This document shows positions 58,448-64,000 of a DNA stretch of 64,000 nt, piece after piece (the stretch's first letter is position 1; the number at the start of each line of letters is the position of its first letter). The notes beneath the pieces were generated by a model. That model ran no database searches. It was not told the DNA's origin and saw nothing but the letters and a program-made list of their open reading frames with translations. The DNA is from Patescibacteria group bacterium. Lineage in GTDB: Bacteria; Patescibacteriota; JABMPQ01. The translations under genes and the position numbers were made by a program. The DNA lies in contig JAHJQX010000014.1 of NCBI GenBank assembly GCA_018818965.1, positions 6,178 through 70,177 of the forward strand, read 5' to 3'.

Positions 58448-58653
58448 TGTTTTCCCTTTCGCCAAGTGTTGGTTCCCGAAGTGGAAATCTAACCAGCCTA
58501 ACTCTTTTTGGTAAGTAAGTCCAGCAAAAATATTTACAGCTAGACAACTCCATTGATTTCAAGGGGATGGTTTTCTATAATATTAAAGTAATATACAAAA
58601 ATGTAGCTAATTAATTTTCAAGTTAAATTATTTACATATTAACGATAAAATTT

Positions 58654-59934
58654 ATGAAGAAGACCATTATAATGTTCGCGGCGATGTTCTCGTTAGTGGG
58701 CGGTTGCAGTCTTAATTCGCAGAGTGATATTGATGATCGGTCTCAGTTAGATAATTCGGCACCAAATATAGACACTTCTCAGCGTCCCCAAATTGATAAG
58801 TGGAGTCTTTGGTCTGACGGTGCTAAATTGCGTGGTGCCAACATATTTCAACGGCGTGTTTATGACGATGTTGATAGTGGCAGTCTAGGATCCGGGGCAG
58901 TAGGTTCGCCCTACACTCAAGTTGATCTCAATGCTTTGTCTAATCTCGGCGCCAATTGGATCCAAATTTCACATCCGGGGTTATATTCTGAAAAAGCTCC
59001 TTATCAACTTGACGAAGATGTGCAAAAAAACTTGGATGATATTTTGGTCATGGCTCAAAATGCCAATATGTTTGTCACCATTGCCTTCCGCACTGGTCCC
59101 GGCCGGTCAGAATTTACTTTTTACGATAAGGAAGACAGCGACTGGTTCCCAGACAGCTACCGGGATGATAAGGTGTGGGAGGATGAGGATGCCCAACAGG
59201 CCTGGGCAGAAATGTGGAAACATGTTGCCGACCGCTATAAAGACAATCCGATTGTGGCTGGCTATAACTTGATGGTGGAGCCAAACGCTGAATCCAGAGC
59301 TTTCTCGAATTCATTAGATAGTCCCGATGACTTCTACCCTCAATATGCTGACAGTCCGGCCGATTGGAACCAATTTTATCCCCAAATAGTTAATTCTATC
59401 CGTTCCGTGGATCAAAATACCCCCGTTATTGTTGGAGGTATGGGATATAGTGCTGTTGCCTGGCTGTCTTATCTGCAACCAAGCAATGATCAGCGTTTGG
59501 TCTATTCAGTTCACCAGTATGATCCTTTCTCTTATACGCATGATGAGGTTCGCAAGAGCCAATATCCAGGAGAGTATAGTTATAGTGGAGAAAAAATTAA
59601 TCTCAGCGAGGACTACTTATCTAATCTATTTAGTAACGTAGCCGATTATGGTCAGGAGAATAGCCGGCCGGTGACCGTAGATGAATTTGGTATTTATCGT
59701 TGGAAAAATGGAGCCGATAAATATATTGATGCCAGCATGGAGCTGATGGAAAATAATAAGATAAACTATGCACTCTGGAGTTGGGATTCTACTCATCACC
59801 TAAAAAACTTTCCTACAGATGACCAGTTTGATTTTACCCATGGGTCGGATAAAAAGAATCATAGGTATGTAGACAATCATTTACTTAATGTAATTAAGAA
59901 ACACTGGGCTAGGAATAGTACGAGGCCCTATTGA
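58654..59934 (+). CDS. Lipoprotein glycoside hydrolase, clan GH-A (cellulase/GH5-like TIM barrel)
   Basis: Signal peptide with lipobox VGGCS; GYNLMVEPNAE resembles the catalytic-acid region of GH-A enzymes (NEP-like); aromatic-rich. Confidence 0.45.
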   Translation: MKKTIIMFAAMFSLVGGCSLNSQSDIDDRSQLDNSAPNIDTSQRPQIDKWSLWSDGAKLRGANIFQRRVYDDVDSGSLGSGAVGSPYTQVDLNALSNLGANWIQISHPGLYSEKAPYQLDEDVQKNLDDILVMAQNANMFVTIAFRTGPGRSEFTFYDKEDSDWFPDSYRDDKVWEDEDAQQAWAEMWKHVADRYKDNPIVAGYNLMVEPNAESRAFSNSLDSPDDFYPQYADSPADWNQFYPQIVNSIRSVDQNTPVIVGGMGYSAVAWLSYLQPSNDQRLVYSVHQYDPFSYTHDEVRKSQYPGEYSYSGEKINLSEDYLSNLFSNVADYGQENSRPVTVDEFGIYRWKNGADKYIDASMELMENNKINYALWSWDSTHHLKNFPTDDQFDFTHGSDKKNHRYVDNHLLNVIKKHWARNSTRPY

Positions 59935-60932
59935 GTACCTTCTAGATTCTTTCTCTCCCATGTTTGCCAGCGGTCGTTGGTGGAGATCATTTTGTTAAAT
60001 ACGTCACTTTTGGCCCCCTCTTTGTATAGGAAATAAGATTTATCGGGCTGATTCTGATCAACAATAAGTCTACTAGTAGCTCCAGATATTAAAGGTTGCT
60101 GCGAACCTTCTTCGGCGTCGTCGTTTTTAGCGATCTCTTTAGACGTTGACCAATTATCCCCGCCATCCGACGAGGTAGAGATTTTGAGATACATTTCTCC
60201 ACTACCACCCCCATAACGGGAAATAGTTACCAGGTAAATATTTTTCTCACCGACTAGAGAAAAATCAAGAATGTCATTGTCTGTCTCGTAAATTTGCTGC
60301 CAGGCCTGACCGTTGTTAGTCGACTTTAAAACGCCAATAAAAGACTGAACTGAATCGGACGTGTATCCGGCGACTGGTCGCAGATAAGTAGATAAGGGAC
60401 GGGAGACGGCGTAAATCGTCCCCTTTTCGGCTCGTTCAATCCAAGCAATTTGCTCAGGAGTTACATTATCAGGGTAAACGATCCCTACCTTTTTGCCAGC
60501 CAGCTGATTATAAAGACTACTAGTCTCATTCTGTAGATCCCGATTAATATTTCTCTGCCACCAGCAGAATCCACCGCCCACTACCGCTGCCGTGATAAAT
60601 ATTATAAGGGCGATAATCCAGACTTTGGTTTCCCGTGGACTATTTTGACGCCGACACATTTTCCAACCGATACGCCAGCCGAGCAGGGCAAAAAGAAAAG
60701 CGATGATAGCTGCTACAATCCAAGGAATGACGTAAATCATATAAGGGAAAGGACCGGCGCCGTGCAAGGGTCTGGTAGCAAACAAATAGGCTAGAACGAC
60801 TACGTGCATCAAGTAAACAACAGCAATAAAAATCGGCAGAGCGAAAACAACAGACCAAACAGCTAGGCACTTCTTTGATTTTGCCCACGGTTTTTTAGTC
60901 ACGCATGTTTGTTTTTGTTGTTGAACAGGCAT
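59928..60932 (-). CDS. Membrane-anchored BNR/Asp-box repeat protein
   Basis: N-terminal TM helices; SxDxGxxW-type motifs (STNNGQAW, SSDGGDNW). Confidence 0.45.
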   Translation of the reverse strand: MPVQQQKQTCVTKKPWAKSKKCLAVWSVVFALPIFIAVVYLMHVVVLAYLFATRPLHGAGPFPYMIYVIPWIVAAIIAFLFALLGWRIGWKMCRRQNSPRETKVWIIALIIFITAAVVGGGFCWWQRNINRDLQNETSSLYNQLAGKKVGIVYPDNVTPEQIAWIERAEKGTIYAVSRPLSTYLRPVAGYTSDSVQSFIGVLKSTNNGQAWQQIYETDNDILDFSLVGEKNIYLVTISRYGGGSGEMYLKISTSSDGGDNWSTSKEIAKNDDAEEGSQQPLISGATSRLIVDQNQPDKSYFLYKEGAKSDVFNKMISTNDRWQTWERKNLEGTQ

Positions 60933-60978
60933 AGTTAAATATTTTTTTGTATTATCACTACAACTTACTCACTACTAT

Positions 60979-62763
60979 CTAGCCAATATCTTCCTTCTTG
61001 GTTTCGTTATACCTCCGCCAGGTTTCTTGAAACTCCATCGACTTTTCTAATAATTCCGTGAATGTCCCACGCGCTACTATTTTACCATCTTTGAAGAAAA
61101 TAATCTTGTCGAAGAGGGGTAACAAGTGCAAACGATGGATTGCGGAAAGAATCGTCTTAGCTGGGAAAGCGGTGAAAATGTTCTGGTAAATCTGTAATTC
61201 ATTTTTTGAATCAACGCTGCTGGTAGGCTCATCGAGCAGCACAATTGATTTTTCTTCACAAGCTAGTAGGCCGCGCGCCAAAGCCAGCCGCTGTTTTTCA
61301 CCCGTGCTCAGGTTAACACCTTTTTCCTCCACCGACGAGTTGAATCCTCGCGGCAGCCCTTTCACTACCTCAGTAAAACAAGCTAAATCAGTAAATTTTT
61401 TCACTTCTTCTAAGCTACGTTCGGCTCCCATAGTAATATTGTCTTCAATAGTGGTATTAAAAAGCTCAGGATCTTGGGGGATCAAGGCAATATCAGAACT
61501 AATAGCGCTGAAGCCATCTTCCAGCGGAGTATTGTCTATATGCAAGCTAATATTCTGCGGCTGGTACAAATCACGGATCACTTTTAGCAGTGTTGTCTTC
61601 CCACTACCACTTTCGCCGATCAGAGCAATCCGTTCGTTGCGACCGATTGAGAGTGCCACATCATCCAGGTGCAGATCAGCGCCCTCCCTGGTGTGGTAGG
61701 AGAAATTAAGCGATTTAATATTAATTTCCCGCCAGTGACCTCCTAGATTAATCAGTTGATCAGTATCTTTAGTGACGAACTCCTGAGAAATTGTCTCAGC
61801 ATTCCGTACGGCCGTGGCTTGACGGACAATGTCACTGTACTGATAAGCAAAACGGTAAAATAATCCGTTAATTCTCTCCACGTAGCCGTAGAGAACGTAA
61901 ACAGTTCCGATCATAATGACTGTTCCCGTCCGGTAATGACTATAGAGGTAAGTAACCAAGACGAGAAAGACCATTAACACCGAGGCCATCGAAGTCAAAA
62001 ACCATTTAGTTTCATCAATTTTACGCGTACGTTCAAAAAGTCTCAACGGCTGCATGATCTTTTTCATGATCGCTTTGGCCACTAGCTTTTCAATCCGGAG
62101 AATAATAACGGTGGTGATGTTACTGATAGTGTCAAAGACTTTGGCCGAGATTTTATTTTCCGCTCGATACAGTCGGTGATATCTAGGCACCAACCGGCGG
62201 TCGAATTTAACAATCATGGTCAAAGTGAGAAGCACCATTACTATCACAATATAACCAGCGTGAAGATTGAAATAAGTGAGAGCCAGATACGATCCGACAA
62301 AGCGGATGACGTTATCAATCATCTGAAAAGTCTCCGAAGCGTATTCGCGTAGAGATTTTGCTCCTTTTTCAATCTTATCGATAGTGTCTCCTGAGTGATG
62401 ATCAGTGTGCCATTGGGCTGGCAGGTTCATAGTGCCTTCGAGCAAGTATTTTTTATAGTTAGCTTCCATTAGGAAGGCGTTTTTTTCTTCAATGAATCGC
62501 GCTGGTCCATGGAAAGCCCAGAAACCAACCTCAATCGCAATAAAAAGAACAGCGTAAGATAAAATTAACGGTAGGCTCTCGTCATTTAATCCGTGATCCT
62601 GGACGGTGTTAAGGATTAGAGCGAAGACCAGTGGCTCAAAAAAGCTGATGCTGTTAGAAATTACAAACATGCCAATAAAAAGTATGACATTCTTGCGGTT
62701 GCCTTTAGAAAATCGCCACATCTGACGGGCGAGATAGATTATAGAGTTATTTTTGAAGGGCAT
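60979..62763 (-). CDS. ABC exporter, fused permease/ATPase (MsbA/ABCB-like)
   Basis: Six-TM domain followed by Walker A GESGSGKTT, signature LSTGEKQR, Walker B VLLDEPTS. Confidence 0.85.
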   Translation of the reverse strand: MPFKNNSIIYLARQMWRFSKGNRKNVILFIGMFVISNSISFFEPLVFALILNTVQDHGLNDESLPLILSYAVLFIAIEVGFWAFHGPARFIEEKNAFLMEANYKKYLLEGTMNLPAQWHTDHHSGDTIDKIEKGAKSLREYASETFQMIDNVIRFVGSYLALTYFNLHAGYIVIVMVLLTLTMIVKFDRRLVPRYHRLYRAENKISAKVFDTISNITTVIILRIEKLVAKAIMKKIMQPLRLFERTRKIDETKWFLTSMASVLMVFLVLVTYLYSHYRTGTVIMIGTVYVLYGYVERINGLFYRFAYQYSDIVRQATAVRNAETISQEFVTKDTDQLINLGGHWREINIKSLNFSYHTREGADLHLDDVALSIGRNERIALIGESGSGKTTLLKVIRDLYQPQNISLHIDNTPLEDGFSAISSDIALIPQDPELFNTTIEDNITMGAERSLEEVKKFTDLACFTEVVKGLPRGFNSSVEEKGVNLSTGEKQRLALARGLLACEEKSIVLLDEPTSSVDSKNELQIYQNIFTAFPAKTILSAIHRLHLLPLFDKIIFFKDGKIVARGTFTELLEKSMEFQETWRRYNETKKEDIG

Positions 62764-62765
62764 AG

Positions 62766-63455
62766 TTATTTTTTCTTTCGTAATCTTGTTTGAATCTGCT
62801 CACTCTCTAATTCCCGAATCGCATCCTTGGCAATCCAACGCGCTGTTTTATTATCAAGGCGGACAATTTCTTTGGCAGTCTTGAGAGCAATTTTGTTAAG
62901 TGCGAGATTTCTCTTGCCAATATTGCGCAGCGCCCAATTAACTGCTTTTTTAACCATATTGCGTTCATCAGTCGCTGCTTTTTTGATGAGCGGCAAAGTT
63001 TCAACGAATTTTTTGTCCTCAGCTTCTTTATCATGCCAAGCTAAACAAGCGATCATAGTGTAGCCGGCGCGCTTGGTGAATTCTTGCTCACTTTTAACCC
63101 AATCGTATAATTTTTTCCAGGCCAGTGGGCTTTTATCAAAGTTCATGCACATCTGGTCGTTGATATCCCAAGAGTCGAGGTCTTTGACCCAGCTGTCAAT
63201 TTGCTTGGCAGTAATTTTCTCCGGATCCATAATGATGGCAGCCAGTATCCGTGCTTCGGCGATACCTGTTTTCCACAAATCGAGCGCCAATTGGTGATCG
63301 CGGCCAGTTTCTTTGGCCACTTCGCGAATACTTTTAACTGAGGCGCCCAGCCGTCCCTTGGGATTTATACCAAAGCGAGCCATACCGGCCAGTTGTGAAG
63401 GATCGGCTTTGGCTTTGAGTTTTTTGATTATAGTGGTGGCGGTATATTTTGACAT
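62766..63455 (-). CDS. DNA alkylation repair enzyme (AlkD-family HEAT-like repeat glycosylase)
   Basis: MARFGINPKGRLGASVKSIRE...RAGYTMIACLA...MVKKAVNWALRNIGKRN matches AlkD-family conserved blocks. Confidence 0.65.
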   Translation of the reverse strand: MSKYTATTIIKKLKAKADPSQLAGMARFGINPKGRLGASVKSIREVAKETGRDHQLALDLWKTGIAEARILAAIIMDPEKITAKQIDSWVKDLDSWDINDQMCMNFDKSPLAWKKLYDWVKSEQEFTKRAGYTMIACLAWHDKEAEDKKFVETLPLIKKAATDERNMVKKAVNWALRNIGKRNLALNKIALKTAKEIVRLDNKTARWIAKDAIRELESEQIQTRLRKKK

Positions 63456-63561
63456 TTTTTACTTTAAACTTTATTTTATCACATTCCCTAGTGAATAAAA
63501 GGCTTGACTTCTTTGTAATATTTGGTACACTTAAAGTACACATTATTAAATCACTAGCCAG

Positions 63562-63810
63562 ATGACTACCAAACTTATTGGAGTTAGAGAATTCCGGCAG
63601 AATGTGTCGGCTCTCTACGTCAAAGCCCAAAAAAACAATTGGCGTTTTGTGGTTTTAAATCGCAATCAGCCAATTTTTATGGTTGAGCCTTTGAGTAAAA
63701 AAGACACAGTTGTTGAAAAACTAGCTGCCGATGTCGCTAAAGCTAGAGGAGAAGTCAAAAGGGGCAAAATTTATGATTTCGAAGTAATTTGTAAGAAAGC
63801 GGGCTTATGA
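63562..63810 (+). CDS. Phd/YefM-family type II antitoxin
   Basis: REFRQNVSALY...FVVLNRNQPIFMVEPL matches the Phd/YefM N-terminal consensus (TEFRQNLS...VITRRGKPVAVL). Confidence 0.55.
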   Translation: MTTKLIGVREFRQNVSALYVKAQKNNWRFVVLNRNQPIFMVEPLSKKDTVVEKLAADVAKARGEVKRGKIYDFEVICKKAGL

Positions 63811-63905
63811 AATATAGTCTAAAATTGACAGCCAAAGCTAGGGGGGATTTTTTATTCATACCGCCTACTATATTATCATCACTCAACCACCAATTATCCC
63901 CTTAA
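63807..63905 (+). pseudogene. Possible truncated RelE/ParE-like toxin remnant (32 codons) overlapping antitoxin stop by ATGA
   Basis: MKYSLKLTAKARGDF resembles RelE/ParE N-termini (M-x-Y-x-L-x-F-T-x-x-A); reading frame dies after G6/T6 homopolymer runs. Confidence 0.25.
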
Positions 63906-64000
63906 GCAAGGGTTAAAGCGGTTGACTAGCGTCCATTATAAGTGTATAATGAGTATATAATGTGAACGTCGTAAAACAAATTAAAAAAAATAAATGACCA

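Noticed and set aside
1-64000. CRISPR arrays, rRNA genes, integrases/transposases
   Set aside because: No regularly spaced direct repeats with unique spacers, no rRNA-like conserved stretches, and no ORF with recombinase/transposase motifs were seen. The GC-rich islets therefore lack an obvious self-encoded mobilisation gene.

Overview
The window is mostly a compact, low-GC bacterial chromosome segment (by eye about 35-42% GC). Genes are densely packed on both strands, many lack Shine-Dalgarno sequences, and terminator hairpins are frequent. The gene content (bactofilin, type IV pilus ATPase PilB, PPi-type phosphofructokinase, QueH, many small membrane proteins) is reminiscent of a small-genome lineage such as CPR/Patescibacteria; this is inference only. 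Recognisable housekeeping genes: tRNA-Ala(CGC) at the left edge, rpmF, gyrA, a proB-proC-proA proline operon, rpsA, pfk, gap, tilS, ftsH, trxA, tsaE, uppP, gdh, pilB, lon, queH, thiI, an MsbA-like ABC exporter, a DD-carboxypeptidase, and a DNA-repair-flavoured neighbourhood (radical-SAM SPL-like lyase plus two AlkD-like DNA alkylation repair proteins). The most striking feature is at least six short, sharply delimited GC-rich islets (by eye about 60-65% GC) inserted into intergenic spaces of this low-GC backbone. Each carries one or two genes with their own SD sequences and intrinsic terminators: (1) 15964-19587, an NS3/DEAH-like SF2 helicase with a degenerate Walker A plus a small membrane protein and a hairpin-rich 445-bp leader; (2) about 31610-33240, an ArsB/NhaD-like permease; (3) about 37300-37890, a zinc-ribbon mini-protein plus a 2-TM PH-like protein; (4) 41254-42642, a thiolase; (5) 54560-55960, an acidic CxxC protein plus a Pro-rich mini-ORF; (6) about 57995-58470, a 4-TM EamA-like transporter. 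Three islets are bracketed by exact short direct repeats (14, 9 and 11 bp) and a fourth by an imperfect repeat. This suggests repeated insertion events (or, alternatively, chimeric assembly) from a high-GC donor; it cannot be resolved without searches. Other notable items: an 18-bp perfect palindrome present three times in and next to an O-antigen-ligase-like gene; two consensus DnaA boxes; a metallothionein-like Cys cluster inserted in glutamate dehydrogenase; a conserved ATAACCTAATT-N6-ATG element; a catalytically degenerate NrnA paralog; and a Phd/YefM antitoxin followed by a truncated toxin remnant.
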